Positions 48,513 to 59,539 are shown, numbered from the whole stretch's first letter. The stretch: DNA of 63,764 nucleotides, filler included, from Bacteroidales bacterium (GCA_035389045.1; 3 parts of 3 records of this genome joined end to end with filler, not necessarily neighbours in it), one strand, 5' to 3'. Notes: generated by a model not told the origin, from the letters alone. Numbers and translations are program-made.

Positions 48513-49553
48513 ATGAAATTCACGGCACAACAACTGGCTGAGGTGCTACACGGCACGGTAGACGGCAACCCTGAGGCATTTTTTACCAAACTGTCGAAGA
48601 TAGAGGAAGGCGATGCGGAATCGCTGACTTTCTTAGGCAATCCTGCCTATACACAGTTTATTTACACCACTGCGGCGGCCGTGGTCATCGTAAACAAAGA
48701 TTTTGTCCCCGAACAAAAAATACATGCCACACTAGTCAGGGTGGACAATGCCTATACGGCTTTTTCGACCCTGCTGGAGATGTACAACCAGATAAAACTC
48801 AATAAGACCGGCATTTCGGATAGAGCCGTTATCTCGGAATCGGCAAAGATCGGTAAGGATGTGTACATAGGTGCCCAGGCCTTTATCGGCGATAATGTCG
48901 TGATTGGCAACCAGGTTAAAATATACCCGCTTTGTTATGTAGGTGATAATGTGGTTATTAAAGATAACACCACACTTTTTGCGTCAGTTAGGGTATATTC
49001 GGATAATTACATCGGCAGTAATTGTATTATACATTCCGGTGTGGTGATCGGCGCCGATGGTTTCGGTTTTGCTCCCCAGCCTGACGGCACTTACAAAAAA
49101 GTTACGCAGACCGGCAATGTAGTTATTGAAGATGATGTGGAAATCGGCGCCAACACTACCATCGACAGGGCTACACTTGGTTCAACAACCATACATAAGG
49201 GCTGTAAAATTGATAACCTTGTGATGATTGCTCATAATGTAGAAGTGGGGGAAAACACGGTAATCGTGTCGCAGACAGGAATTGCCGGCTCAACAAAGAT
49301 CGGCAAACATGTGACGATAGGCGGCCAGGTCGGCATAGTCGGCCATATTACCATTGCCGACCGGGTGATGATTCAGGCTCAGTCGGGTATTGCGGCGAGC
49401 ATAAAGGAAGAGGGAGCCATAGTGCAGGGCGCCCCGGCATATAATATTAAAGATTACCTGCGGTCGTATGTGCATTTTAAGAACCTGCCGAAAATCGTCG
49501 AGCGGATGAATGCATTGGAGAAAGAGATTGAGAAGCTGAAAGGGAAGGGTTAG
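48513..49553 (+). CDS. lpxD: UDP-3-O-acylglucosamine N-acyltransferase
   Basis: [48 protein letters not shown]; -7 box TAATTTTG at 48481-48488. Confidence 0.95.
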   Translation: MKFTAQQLAEVLHGTVDGNPEAFFTKLSKIEEGDAESLTFLGNPAYTQFIYTTAAAVVIVNKDFVPEQKIHATLVRVDNAYTAFSTLLEMYNQIKLNKTGISDRAVISESAKIGKDVYIGAQAFIGDNVVIGNQVKIYPLCYVGDNVVIKDNTTLFASVRVYSDNYIGSNCIIHSGVVIGADGFGFAPQPDGTYKKVTQTGNVVIEDDVEIGANTTIDRATLGSTTIHKGCKIDNLVMIAHNVEVGENTVIVSQTGIAGSTKIGKHVTIGGQVGIVGHITIADRVMIQAQSGIAASIKEEGAIVQGAPAYNIKDYLRSYVHFKNLPKIVERMNALEKEIEKLKGKG

Positions 49554-49603
49554 GCTGTTAGGCTGTTAGGCTGTTAGGCTGTTAGGCTGTTAGGCTGTTA
49601 GGC
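49549..49603 (+). repeat. 8-bp tandem repeat (GTTAGGCT)n running into the contig end
   Basis: 6 perfect units plus 7/8 of a seventh; the first unit contains the lpxD TAG stop. Confidence 0.95.
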
Positions 49604-49703
49604 NNNNNNNNNNNNNNNNNNNNNNNNNNNNNNNNNNNNNNNNNNNNTTAATTAATTAANNNNNNNNNNNNNNNNNNNNNNNNNNNNNNNNNNNNNNNNN
49701 NNN
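49604..49703. other. Artificial contig-joining spacer
   Basis: 44 N + TTAATTAATTAA + 44 N. Confidence 0.98.
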
Positions 49704-49751
49704 ATTTCCTTTTCAAATGAAATTGTAAGATGATCCTATGCTATAAAATCG

Positions 49752-49935
49752 CTGACTGCGTCATGCAGGCAGGGATAAGAATCAGAAAGCAAATCACCTA
49801 CCGGTGGCTGAGGCACCCGAAGCCACCGGCGGATTATCAATACGTCAAACCTGCCTGACTGCTTCATGCAGGCAGGGATAAGAATCAGAGAGCAACTCAT
49901 CTACCGGTGGCTGAGGCACCCGAAGCCACCGACGG
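49752..49935 (+). repeat. Two 81-bp direct repeats (period 103) built from two REP-like hairpins
   Basis: 49752-49832 and 49855-49935; each has ...TCATGCAGGCAGG (full hairpin CCTGCCTG...CAGGCAGG in copy 2) and CGGTGGCT-GAGGCACCCGA-AGCCACCG. Confidence 0.85.
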
Positions 49936-50131
49936 GAAACCATTACAAAATGGTGACTTCAACAGGCTAAGCCACAGGAGAATAGAAATATATGTAGGAA
50001 TTATTTCCTGAGAAAACGAAAGAATAACTAAATTTGTGCCCATTTAATATGTATCATTACATATAAACATATCTACATTGGTTATGCATCGAATTACGTT
50101 ATTTACAAAGAAATATCCTAAATATCCGACT

Positions 50132-52492
50132 ATGAGAAAATTCTGTTTCATTTTACCTTTTTTATTGCTCTGTGCAGGCGCAACTGCCCAGCAGTCCACG
50201 ATAAAAGGAAAAATAATCAATACCAAGACGAGAGAAACACTTCCCGGTGTCAATATTATCCTGGATTCAGTAAGCGGCTTCGTATCCGACACCGACGGGA
50301 ATTATTCGTTTACCACCAAGCCCGGCAAAACAAAACTGACATTTTCTTTCATCGGTTATACTCCTGAAACCCGGACCATCATGCTAAATCCGGGACAATC
50401 CCTCACGCTGAATGTGTCCATGTCCGAACAGACGCTCATCATTGACGGCATCGTTGTCAGTGCCGGCAAGTTCGAGCAGCGTATCTCAGATGTTACGGTT
50501 TCCATGGATGTGATCAAACCCGAGCAGATTGAAAATCATAATACCAACGACGTGACGGAAATACTGAATAAGGTTCCCGGCGTCGACATCATTGCAAGCC
50601 AGCCAAGCATCCGGGGCGGAAGCGGTTACAGTTACGGTACCGGCAACCGGGTACTTGTAATGGTGGATGATCTGCCTATCTTATCGCCTGACGCCGGTGA
50701 TGCCAAATGGAATTTTATCCCTATTGAAAACATCTCTCAGATAGAAGTTCTGAAAGGTGCATCTTCAGCATTGTTTGGTTCTTCAGCTCTTAATGGCGTT
50801 ATTAATGTCCGGACAGCTTTCCCTACCGATAAACCCAAAACCAAAATACTTTTTAACTCAGGGATTTATATGAATCCCAAACGGAAAGAACTGATCTGGT
50901 GGGGCGACCGTAAGCCATGGTACATGTTTATGGTTGATGAACAACCATGGTTCTCCGGATTAGACCTGCTTCATTCACGCAAGATAAAAAACCTTGATCT
51001 GGTGATAGGCGCCAATGGCTTTACAAATCAGGACTTCAAACAATTTACAAGGGAATTGCGCGGACGTGCCAACCTGAACCTACGTTACAGGCCAAAAAAA
51101 GTCGAAGGACTATCATTCGGGGTGAATACAAATTTTATGTATGTGAAAGGTTCCGAATTCTTCTTTTGGCAAAATGCCGATTCGGGCGCATGGAGGCCCA
51201 ATCCGAATACGTTAAACCCGACAAAGGGATATCGGCTGAACACGGACCCCTATGTGGTTTATTTCGATAAGAAAGGAAGCCGTTATAGTTTAAAAACAAG
51301 ATATTTCAGATCCGTTAATTTTTTCTCGGACACCTCGGATAAAAATAATACCGCCGACCTGTTCTTTGGTGACTTCCAATATCAGAAAAGCATTAAAAAT
51401 AAGGTGAATTTTACAGCGGGAATCTCAGGCTCCTACAACATGAGTTCTGCTGCATTATTCGGAAACCACCTCGGAATCAACCTGTCGGTTTACAGTCAGT
51501 TTGATGCGACATTCTGGAAGAAACTTTCTATTTCTCTCGGCATAAGGGGCGAATATTACCGCCTTGATGATAATGATGCTGTTTCTTCGTTTGATATTAT
51601 TACTTCAAAAGACACCATAATCCTGCCTGTCAGGCCTGTAATAAGAGCAGGTGTAAATTACCAGGCAACAAAGTATACCTTTATCAGGGCCTCCTACGGA
51701 CAGGGATACCGGTTTCCTTCTATTGCCGAACGATATGTTCATACCAGCATCGGAGGAATGAATATTTTCCCCAACACAGACCTGAAACCGGAAACCGGCT
51801 GGAATGCCGAACTGGGCGTAAAACAAGGATTCAAGGTAGGTTCGTGGAATGGTTTTGCCGATATTGCAGGTTTCTGGACCGAATATAAGAATATGGTGGA
51901 ATTTACTTTTGGGGTTTACAAACCCGATACGGCCTTATACCCCACCCTCCGGGATATCGGATTCAAATCTATTAATGTCGGCCATGCACTCATTACCGGA
52001 GTTGATATTTCAATAGGCGCTGAAGGAAAAATATGGGAATTCCCCGCATCATTTGCAGTGGGATATACCTATACCAACCCGGTAGACCTGAACTATGACC
52101 CATCTGTTGACACCAACGGAACTGCTGACAGCCGGGTGTTAAAATACAGATATTATCATTCCGTAAAGGCAAATATGGAAATATCATTCAACAGAATACA
52201 GGCAGGTGTTGATGTACAATATACCAGTAACATGATCAATATTGATAAAATATTCGGAGAGGAACTCATTCCGGGTATTCCCAGTACATCCATCATGCCG
52301 GGTTTGAACGAGTACCGTGAAAAACACAATAAAGGCTATTTTGTGATGAATATCCGCGGATCGTTCGATATTACGGAAAAAATGAAAATCGGGCTTATCG
52401 TTAAAAACCTTCTCAACAACGAATACATGGCACGCCCCGGCATCATTGAAGCTCCGCGCAACATTGCAGTTCAGTACTCATTGACCTTATAA
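50132..52492 (+). CDS. TonB-dependent outer-membrane receptor
   Basis: Signal peptide from ATG 50132, carboxypeptidase-regulatory-like N-domain, IEVLKGASSALFGSSALNGVIN plug motif, LKPETGW, NLLNNEY. Confidence 0.92.
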   Translation: MRKFCFILPFLLLCAGATAQQSTIKGKIINTKTRETLPGVNIILDSVSGFVSDTDGNYSFTTKPGKTKLTFSFIGYTPETRTIMLNPGQSLTLNVSMSEQTLIIDGIVVSAGKFEQRISDVTVSMDVIKPEQIENHNTNDVTEILNKVPGVDIIASQPSIRGGSGYSYGTGNRVLVMVDDLPILSPDAGDAKWNFIPIENISQIEVLKGASSALFGSSALNGVINVRTAFPTDKPKTKILFNSGIYMNPKRKELIWWGDRKPWYMFMVDEQPWFSGLDLLHSRKIKNLDLVIGANGFTNQDFKQFTRELRGRANLNLRYRPKKVEGLSFGVNTNFMYVKGSEFFFWQNADSGAWRPNPNTLNPTKGYRLNTDPYVVYFDKKGSRYSLKTRYFRSVNFFSDTSDKNNTADLFFGDFQYQKSIKNKVNFTAGISGSYNMSSAALFGNHLGINLSVYSQFDATFWKKLSISLGIRGEYYRLDDNDAVSSFDIITSKDTIILPVRPVIRAGVNYQATKYTFIRASYGQGYRFPSIAERYVHTSIGGMNIFPNTDLKPETGWNAELGVKQGFKVGSWNGFADIAGFWTEYKNMVEFTFGVYKPDTALYPTLRDIGFKSINVGHALITGVDISIGAEGKIWEFPASFAVGYTYTNPVDLNYDPSVDTNGTADSRVLKYRYYHSVKANMEISFNRIQAGVDVQYTSNMINIDKIFGEELIPGIPSTSIMPGLNEYREKHNKGYFVMNIRGSFDITEKMKIGLIVKNLLNNEYMARPGIIEAPRNIAVQYSLTL

Positions 52493-52560
52493 TTTTTATT
52501 TTTTGCTGGGTATCATGTGATTTTTAGAACTGTTATGAACATACATTAGTATTTAATAAT

Positions 52561-53334
52561 ATGAGTAACGAAAACAAATCAATTCACGAATTTGATTTTA
52601 ACCTGATCTGCGAATATTTTTCCTTTATGAAACGCCAGGGGCCGGGCAGTGAAGAAGCCACCCTTAAAGCGCTCGGATTTATTGCAAACCTGACCGCCGG
52701 ATCGCACATTGCCGACATTGGCTGCGGAACCGGATGCCCGACCATGGTGCTTGCACAGCACACTCCCGGTCGTATCACGGGAATAGACCTGTTTCCCGTA
52801 TTCATAGATTTGTTTAATGAAAACGCCCGTAAGCTGAATGTGCAGGACAGGGTAAAAGGGGTCACCGGCTCCATGGACAACCTTCCCTTTCAGAACGAAG
52901 AACTGGATCTTGTCTGGTCAGAAGGAGCCATATATAATATCGGCTATGAACGGGGACTGAACGAATGGAAAAGGTTCCTTAAAAAGGGCGGTTATATTGC
53001 CCTCACAGAAGCATCGTGGTTCACAGATGAGAGGCCAGACGAAATCAATGCCTTCTGGAATGAGGCTTATCCGGAGATAAACACCATCCCGCAAAAGATT
53101 GCCCAGATGCAACACGCCGGTTATATACCGGTGGCGCACTTTATCCTGCCCGAAAACTGCTGGATTGAGCATTTCTATAACCTGCAGGTTAAAGCCCAGG
53201 AAGCTTTTCTAAAAAAACATGAAGGCAATAAGGCTGCCGAAGAACTGGTAGCTAACGAAAGGCACGAAGCCAGCTTGTATCTAAAATACAAAGAGTACTA
53301 TGGCTATGTGTTTTATATAGGGCAAAAACAATAA
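52561..53334 (+). CDS. Class I SAM-dependent methyltransferase
   Basis: [30 protein letters not shown]. Confidence 0.9.
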   Translation: MSNENKSIHEFDFNLICEYFSFMKRQGPGSEEATLKALGFIANLTAGSHIADIGCGTGCPTMVLAQHTPGRITGIDLFPVFIDLFNENARKLNVQDRVKGVTGSMDNLPFQNEELDLVWSEGAIYNIGYERGLNEWKRFLKKGGYIALTEASWFTDERPDEINAFWNEAYPEINTIPQKIAQMQHAGYIPVAHFILPENCWIEHFYNLQVKAQEAFLKKHEGNKAAEELVANERHEASLYLKYKEYYGYVFYIGQKQ

Positions 53335-53392
53335 CCGTGTCCACAGAGTGGATTTTCCCCATACGGAAATTTTGTGATAAAGGCTGAAACGC

Positions 53393-55405
53393 TTATAATT
53401 TATTGATCTTCCGCCACAACAAGAAATTTACGTACCTCCAGACAAAATATCTGAGTCTTGAATTACCATTTTCAGAAAAAATCATATTCCAGTTTTTGAG
53501 CAATTTACCTGAATCAGCAAACTTTTCCGTGTCAAAAGATGCCAGCTCATGTATGATGTTTTTCACCTTTTTTTCTGATTGCACCAGCCACATGTCCTGT
53601 GGCGTGGCAAAACCCAATTTGTCGGATCGTCTGTAAATTGTTTCAGGCAATACGTCATACATGGCCTCACGTAATAAGAATTTGCTACGCCCTTTATGTA
53701 TCTTGTACACCGAAGGCACTGAGAAAACATATTCGATCAGGTCAATATCGTCGGCAAAAGGTGTGCGCGACTCCACGGAATATTGCATCGAACAACGGTC
53801 TTCCCAGCGTAACAGGTGGCGCAGGTACCCGTTGGTGAAATATTCGAACAAGGCGGAATTCAGGGTCCTGCCTGTTCCATCCGGCTTTTCCGCTGCCGGC
53901 TTTGCAGTGTCCGTCAGATCATTGTTTAGATATTCCAGCTCTTTGTGATGATTTTTAATAAACGCATGCCACACTGAATGGGGCATGATGCCGCTTAGTA
54001 TCACCTTGGCCAGCGAACGTATCAATGTATTGAAATCCAGGGGAGAACTCTTCATGCAGGCAATTTCTGCACCCAACTGATACAGCCTGAAGCGGCGGAG
54101 CAACCCGGCATAATAAGAGATAAAAAATGGCACATATCCTGCAAAAAGCTCATCCCCGCCCTGACCGTCCATGAGTATGGTAATATTATTTTCCCGGGCT
54201 AATTTCATCACGGAACTTTGTGCATAGGTGCTGGTAGAAAACAAAGGTGCATCCTGGTAATAAATGATATTTTCAAGCTCATCGAAAAGGTCCTCGGCAT
54301 GGCAACGGCAGGTATGCCAGTTCAGATCATGTTTTTTGACAACCTGCTCAGCCCAGTGCAGTTCATTTATGGACTTTTCATCACAGTCAGCCGTAAACGC
54401 ATGAAGCTTGCCTGAAAGCTGACGCAGAGGGTTCCGGGCGTTAATTTTTTGCGAAACACCGATAATGCTGCTGCTGTCAATGCCACCGCTCAGACAAAAA
54501 CCAACATTGACGTCGGAACGAAGCCTCAGTGTCACCGCACGTTCAATTTTTTCTTTAACCTGATGAATAATCTTTTGAGAATCAGCGGTATCGAAGCGTC
54601 CAGAACTTGTATTATATTCCAGGTTATAATACCTGGTGATCTCCATTTGGTTGGTGTTCAGGTCGTAGATCATATAATGCGAGGGTAAAAGCTCCCTGAT
54701 ATCCGTATAAAGGCCATCTTCAGTACGCTCTACCCTGCTGTGCATAAGATAATCAAATACCGCTGCGGGGTTGACACTCACACCGGAAGACAACTGCAAC
54801 AACGCTTTTTGTTCGGAGGCAAAAGCAAAAAACCGTTTTGAGTTGATATAATAAAAAGGCTTTACCCCGAAACGGTCGCGACACCCAATCAGACAGGCCG
54901 ACTCCGTGTCATACAGAACAAACGACCACATGCCGTTAAGTTTGCTGAGAAAATCCAGTCCCCAATGCTCATAGGCACGCAGCAACACCTCCACATCGCT
55001 TGAGGATTTGAATTGAACGGACTTGCTTTCAAGTTCTTCACGGATCTCCCAATAATTGTATATCTCGCCATTGAACACCACCCATACCGTTTTGCTGTCG
55101 TTACACATGGGCTGATGCCCGGCAGGAGAAAGGTCAATGACCGCAAGCCGCCGGTGCGCCAATCCCAGAAACTGTCCCCCGGGAACCGTTTCAATGTTGT
55201 CCTGTACCGCATAGGAAAGGTTCATATCCCAGGCCCCCTGCTGAGTGTCTTTGCCTCCACAGACATAAGTATTGTTATTGCCGAAACACACATACCCCTC
55301 GTCATCAGGGCCACGGTGGCGGAGTTTATCAGCCATTTTATGCAACGAGGCCGTGACCTCCGGCGCAGAAGGTTCAATTTTCAGTATACCGGCAATACCG
55401 CACAT
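53393..55405 (-). CDS. asnB: Asparagine synthase (glutamine-hydrolysing) family amidotransferase
   Basis: MCGIAG (Ntn Cys2), HRGPD, HRRLAVID, FNGEIYN, RDRFGVKP, LSGGIDSS, DGQGGDELFAGY. Confidence 0.92.
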   Translation of the reverse strand: MCGIAGILKIEPSAPEVTASLHKMADKLRHRGPDDEGYVCFGNNNTYVCGGKDTQQGAWDMNLSYAVQDNIETVPGGQFLGLAHRRLAVIDLSPAGHQPMCNDSKTVWVVFNGEIYNYWEIREELESKSVQFKSSSDVEVLLRAYEHWGLDFLSKLNGMWSFVLYDTESACLIGCRDRFGVKPFYYINSKRFFAFASEQKALLQLSSGVSVNPAAVFDYLMHSRVERTEDGLYTDIRELLPSHYMIYDLNTNQMEITRYYNLEYNTSSGRFDTADSQKIIHQVKEKIERAVTLRLRSDVNVGFCLSGGIDSSSIIGVSQKINARNPLRQLSGKLHAFTADCDEKSINELHWAEQVVKKHDLNWHTCRCHAEDLFDELENIIYYQDAPLFSTSTYAQSSVMKLARENNITILMDGQGGDELFAGYVPFFISYYAGLLRRFRLYQLGAEIACMKSSPLDFNTLIRSLAKVILSGIMPHSVWHAFIKNHHKELEYLNNDLTDTAKPAAEKPDGTGRTLNSALFEYFTNGYLRHLLRWEDRCSMQYSVESRTPFADDIDLIEYVFSVPSVYKIHKGRSKFLLREAMYDVLPETIYRRSDKLGFATPQDMWLVQSEKKVKNIIHELASFDTEKFADSGKLLKNWNMIFSENGNSRLRYFVWRYVNFLLWRKINKL

Positions 55406-55413
55406 AAGCCTCG

Positions 55414-56064
55414 TTATTTGTCGTTAGCTTTATCCTGAAGCAAAGGTACAAACCGGAATGTGCCGTGTTCTTTTATGGTAACTTCCCCTTTTTCATTCCT
55501 GGTGACCGTGATCATATTCTGTATATCACCCGCGCCCACAGGGATAACCATGATGCCTCCATTTTTCAGCTGTCCGAGCAGCATTTCGGGAATACTGGGC
55601 GCACCCGCAGTAACAATGATCTTATCAAAAGGAGCAAAAGCTGGCAGTCCCAGGTATCCGTCACCATAGAAAAACTTCGGGTTATAACCGATAGCAGGTA
55701 ATAATAGTTTGGTTTTCAGATAAAGGCTTTTCTGCCGCTCAATAGTATAAACAACAGCGCCCATCTCAAGCAGGACACAAGCCTGATAACCGGAGCCTGT
55801 ACCAACCTCCAGTATTTTATCCCGTTTTTTTACCTGTAACAATTCCGTCTGAAAGGCAACCGTATAGGGCTGTGATATCGTCTGACCGGCACCTATGGGA
55901 AAAGGCTTATCTTCATATGCATGATTCTGGAAGGTGGAATCCAGAAACAAATGCCGGGGAATATTGTTAATAGCGTCCAGGACACCCTGATCAGAAATTC
56001 CTTTTTTCTTTATGGTTTCAACAAGCAGGTTTCTTAACCCTTTATGTTTATAAGAATCGACCAT
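55414..56064 (-). CDS. pcm: Protein-L-isoaspartate O-methyltransferase
   Basis: PRHLF, GQTISQPY, LEVGTGSGYQ, APFDKIIVTAG, FRFVPL. Confidence 0.95.
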   Translation of the reverse strand: MVDSYKHKGLRNLLVETIKKKGISDQGVLDAINNIPRHLFLDSTFQNHAYEDKPFPIGAGQTISQPYTVAFQTELLQVKKRDKILEVGTGSGYQACVLLEMGAVVYTIERQKSLYLKTKLLLPAIGYNPKFFYGDGYLGLPAFAPFDKIIVTAGAPSIPEMLLGQLKNGGIMVIPVGAGDIQNMITVTRNEKGEVTIKEHGTFRFVPLLQDKANDK

Positions 56065-56194
56065 CTGTATCTATGTTAATCTTTTTCAGCATTTTATCAA
56101 GCACAACATAGGTTGTAAACCTGTTAATTTTTAACGCTAAAATAATCAAATCTCACGTATAAAAAATTTAATTTTGCGAAAAATACCAACGCAC

Positions 56195-57175
56195 ATGTTA
56201 ACAATAGGAGTATTAGGAGCAGGACATCTTGGAAAGATCCACCTGAAATGTCTGTCGCAAATCGAAAATATAAAACTGGCCGGATTTTATGACCAGGACG
56301 CTGCAGTCGTCAAACAGGTTGAAGAAGAATTCGGCATCAGGGCATTCCAATCTGTGGACGACCTTGTTGCTTCCGTAGGTGTTGTAGATATTGTAACCCC
56401 TACCCTTTCGCATTTTGAGTGCGCCTCCAAAGCCATGAAATCGGCAAAGCATGTTTTCATCGAAAAGCCACTGGTGACCACCCTGGAGGAAGCCAGGCAG
56501 CTGATCTCCATTTCCAATGAAGCAGGCGTAAAAGTCCAGGTGGGTCATGTAGAGCGTTTTAATCCGGCCTATATTGCCGCAGCTCCCTATCTGCACCAGC
56601 CGATGTTTATTGAGACACACCGTCTGGCGCTCTTCAACCCCAGAGGTACAGATGTTCCGGTTATTCTAGATCTGATGATCCATGATATCGATATCGTCCT
56701 GAGTATTGTAAAATCAAACATCAAAAAAATCAGCGCCAGCGGGGTGCCTATTGTGAGCGATACCCCCGATATCGCTAACGCACGGCTCGAATTCGACAAC
56801 GGTTGTGTGGCCAACCTTACCGCCAGCCGTTTATCAATGAAAAATATGCGTAAAACCCGCGTCTTTCAGCCCGACGCATACATAGCCATTGATTTCCTTA
56901 AACAAAACACCGAAATAATCAGACTTAAAAATATCACAGATGAAAGCGAAATAGGACCCCTTGACATGATCATCGAACCGGGTCACGGCAAAGGGAAAAA
57001 ACAGATTTTCTTTGAAAAACCTGAAATCGTTCCTATCAATGCCATCAAAACCGAACTGGAGACTTTTTTCAACTCCATAATCAACAATACCGACACGGCA
57101 GTAAACATTATCGACGGATATAAAGCTCTTGATACGGCCTATAAAATCATTGAAAAAATCAATATCCCGGATTAA
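56195..57175 (+). CDS. Gfo/Idh/MocA family oxidoreductase
   Basis: GVLGAGHLGKIH, HVFIEKP, VGHVERFNPA, DLMIHDID; -7 box TAATTTTG at 56169-56176. Confidence 0.9.
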   Translation: MLTIGVLGAGHLGKIHLKCLSQIENIKLAGFYDQDAAVVKQVEEEFGIRAFQSVDDLVASVGVVDIVTPTLSHFECASKAMKSAKHVFIEKPLVTTLEEARQLISISNEAGVKVQVGHVERFNPAYIAAAPYLHQPMFIETHRLALFNPRGTDVPVILDLMIHDIDIVLSIVKSNIKKISASGVPIVSDTPDIANARLEFDNGCVANLTASRLSMKNMRKTRVFQPDAYIAIDFLKQNTEIIRLKNITDESEIGPLDMIIEPGHGKGKKQIFFEKPEIVPINAIKTELETFFNSIINNTDTAVNIIDGYKALDTAYKIIEKINIPD

Positions 57176-57236
57176 ATTATACTTTCAGACAATAAATCAG
57201 AAATATTCTCGTTAACCCTGTGAATTTTATATACGA

Positions 57237-58118
57237 ATGGGGAAAATTTACGTATCCGGATTACAAAATTTCAGGTTGGTTTTTGCAGGAATAATCATCA
57301 TGATTTCCCTGGCATCATGCAAAAAAAATGATCTCGTCCCCGCCTATATTCATATTGAAAAAATTGATCTGTCGACGGTTTACGAGTTTGATGGCACCAA
57401 CTCCCACAAGATCACGGATGCATGGGTTTATATTGATGGTGATCTTCAGGGTGTCTACGAATTACCCGCTACTTTTCCGGTGCTGGCAACCGGCGGACAC
57501 AGAATCACGGTGCGTCCCGGAATAAAACTCAATGGCATTGCCATGACCAGGGCTTATTATCCTTTTTATCAACCTTATGAAACAATGGTTGACCTTACAG
57601 AAAAACAAACAGACACCATACACCCTGTTGTTGTGTATTATGCAAACAAAATTCAATGGATCGAAGATTTTGAAACAGCAGGCATTACTATGATGAAATT
57701 TGGCGACAGCGACACCACTTTTATTCAGACACACGACAGCACAATGATTTTCGAAGGTGCGAGTTCCGGAATTGCCCGACTCGATGCAACATACAATCAT
57801 GTAATCAGTGTTTCTAGTGAGATTTTTGACATTCCACAAAATCAATCTGCCGTTTTCCTTGAACTCAACTATAAAACACAAACCACACTGACTGTCGGCT
57901 TGTATGCCCTGTTATCCACCGGCATGAACGAGCGCATTGTAACCATGTACATCAATCCCAACAAGAGCTGGAATAAAATATATGTCAACATGACGCCTAC
58001 GGCAAATAATAACTCTAATGCCACCGGGTTCAGGGTGTTTATTGAAGCTTATAAACCAGACAGTCTGGCAACTGCAGAAATTCTGCTCGATAACTTAAAA
58101 CTGCTCTATACCGAATGA
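57237..58118 (+). CDS. Conserved Bacteroidota lipoprotein, unknown function
   Basis: LASC lipobox; KITDAWVY, LQGVYELPATFPV, WNKIYVN. Confidence 0.75.
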   Translation: MGKIYVSGLQNFRLVFAGIIIMISLASCKKNDLVPAYIHIEKIDLSTVYEFDGTNSHKITDAWVYIDGDLQGVYELPATFPVLATGGHRITVRPGIKLNGIAMTRAYYPFYQPYETMVDLTEKQTDTIHPVVVYYANKIQWIEDFETAGITMMKFGDSDTTFIQTHDSTMIFEGASSGIARLDATYNHVISVSSEIFDIPQNQSAVFLELNYKTQTTLTVGLYALLSTGMNERIVTMYINPNKSWNKIYVNMTPTANNNSNATGFRVFIEAYKPDSLATAEILLDNLKLLYTE

Positions 58119-59539
58119 ACGAAATGAATCGAAAAACCGAGGTGCTCAAGTATGTTGTTGCTGATGTTGGATCTGCAGCAATGGCCTGGATTTTGTTTTT
58201 CATTTTCCGGAAATATCATATTGACTCCAACGTATTTGATAATCCTGTTCTGGTCTTTGGCGATAAGAAACTTTATATCGGCCTGGCTTTTATTATGGTT
58301 TTCTGGTTCCTGCTATATTACATTACCGGCACTTATCAGAAAATCTTCAGAAAATCACGCTTAAAAGAACTGGGGCAGACTTTTATGATCTCCATCATTG
58401 GGATGATCGTCATTTTTTTTCTTTTCATCCTTGACGACAAAGTTGTTTCATACACCAATTATTACCTGTATTTTCTTGTAATATTTATTTTGCATTTTAC
58501 CCTTACGTGCACCTGGCGTCTGATATTCTCGTCACAAACGGCTTATAAAATTCATCATAAAATCATTGGATTCAACACCTTGCTTATCGGAAGCAACGGC
58601 AATGCCGTGGCCATTTACAACGAAATTGAGAACCAATGGAAATCGTCGGGAAATAAATTCGTAGGATTTGTGGATGTTCATAACGGAAACCGGCATCCCA
58701 TGGAGAAGTTGCTTCCGCACCTGGGTAATTATAAAAACCTGAAAAGTATCATTTCAGATTATGAAATAGAAGAAGTGATCATCGCTATTGATAAAGAAGA
58801 ACATGCTTTTATTGAGCAGATTATTTCCCTGCTTGAGGACATGCACGTTGTGATCAAGATCATCCCCGACATGAAAGACTTCCTGCTCGGAAGCGTAAAA
58901 ATGACCTCTATTTTTCATGCCCCGCTGATACAGATATCTCCGGAACTCATGCCGGCCTGGCAGCGGAATATCAAACGTTTTTTTGATGTAGCCGGATCGT
59001 TGTGCGCCATGTCTGTTCTGCTGCCTGTTTATCTGCTGGTTGCTTTAGGGGTAAAACTGTCATCAAAAGGCCCGGTTTTTTACTCTCATGAACGCATCGG
59101 ACTGCATGGGAAACCGTTCACTATGTATAAATTCCGTTCGATGTACGTTGATGCAGAGAAAGACGGCCCGCAGCTTTCGAGTAAAAACGATCACCGTATC
59201 ACGCCTTTCGGACGTTTCATGCGAAAAGTCCGCCTGGATGAAATCCCACAGTTTTATAATGTACTTAAAGGAAATATGTCCATCGTAGGACCACGTCCCG
59301 AAAGACTTTACTATATCAATCAGATCGTGCAAAAAGCGCCTCACTACAAGCTGTTACATAAAGTAAAACCAGGCATCACCTCATGGGGGCAGGTAAAATA
59401 CGGATATGCAGAAACCGTCGACCAGATGATTGAACGACTGAAATTCGATGTCTTATATATTGAAAACATGTCTCTGGCGGTTGATTTCAAAATCATGATC
59501 TATACTGCACTGATCATAATTCAGGGGCGCGGAAAATAG
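58115..59539 (+). CDS. Polyprenyl-phosphate sugar-1-phosphate transferase (WcaJ/WbaP-like)
   Basis: N-terminal TMs, KRFFD, KFRSM, RITPFGRFMRK.RLDEIPQF, GPRPER, KPGITSWGQV. Confidence 0.9.
   Translation: MNEMNRKTEVLKYVVADVGSAAMAWILFFIFRKYHIDSNVFDNPVLVFGDKKLYIGLAFIMVFWFLLYYITGTYQKIFRKSRLKELGQTFMISIIGMIVIFFLFILDDKVVSYTNYYLYFLVIFILHFTLTCTWRLIFSSQTAYKIHHKIIGFNTLLIGSNGNAVAIYNEIENQWKSSGNKFVGFVDVHNGNRHPMEKLLPHLGNYKNLKSIISDYEIEEVIIAIDKEEHAFIEQIISLLEDMHVVIKIIPDMKDFLLGSVKMTSIFHAPLIQISPELMPAWQRNIKRFFDVAGSLCAMSVLLPVYLLVALGVKLSSKGPVFYSHERIGLHGKPFTMYKFRSMYVDAEKDGPQLSSKNDHRITPFGRFMRKVRLDEIPQFYNVLKGNMSIVGPRPERLYYINQIVQKAPHYKLLHKVKPGITSWGQVKYGYAETVDQMIERLKFDVLYIENMSLAVDFKIMIYTALIIIQGRGK

Noticed and set aside
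49752..49935. Possible CRISPR array
   Set aside because: Only two 81-bp units with near-identical internal sequence, no unique spacers of regular length and no cas genes
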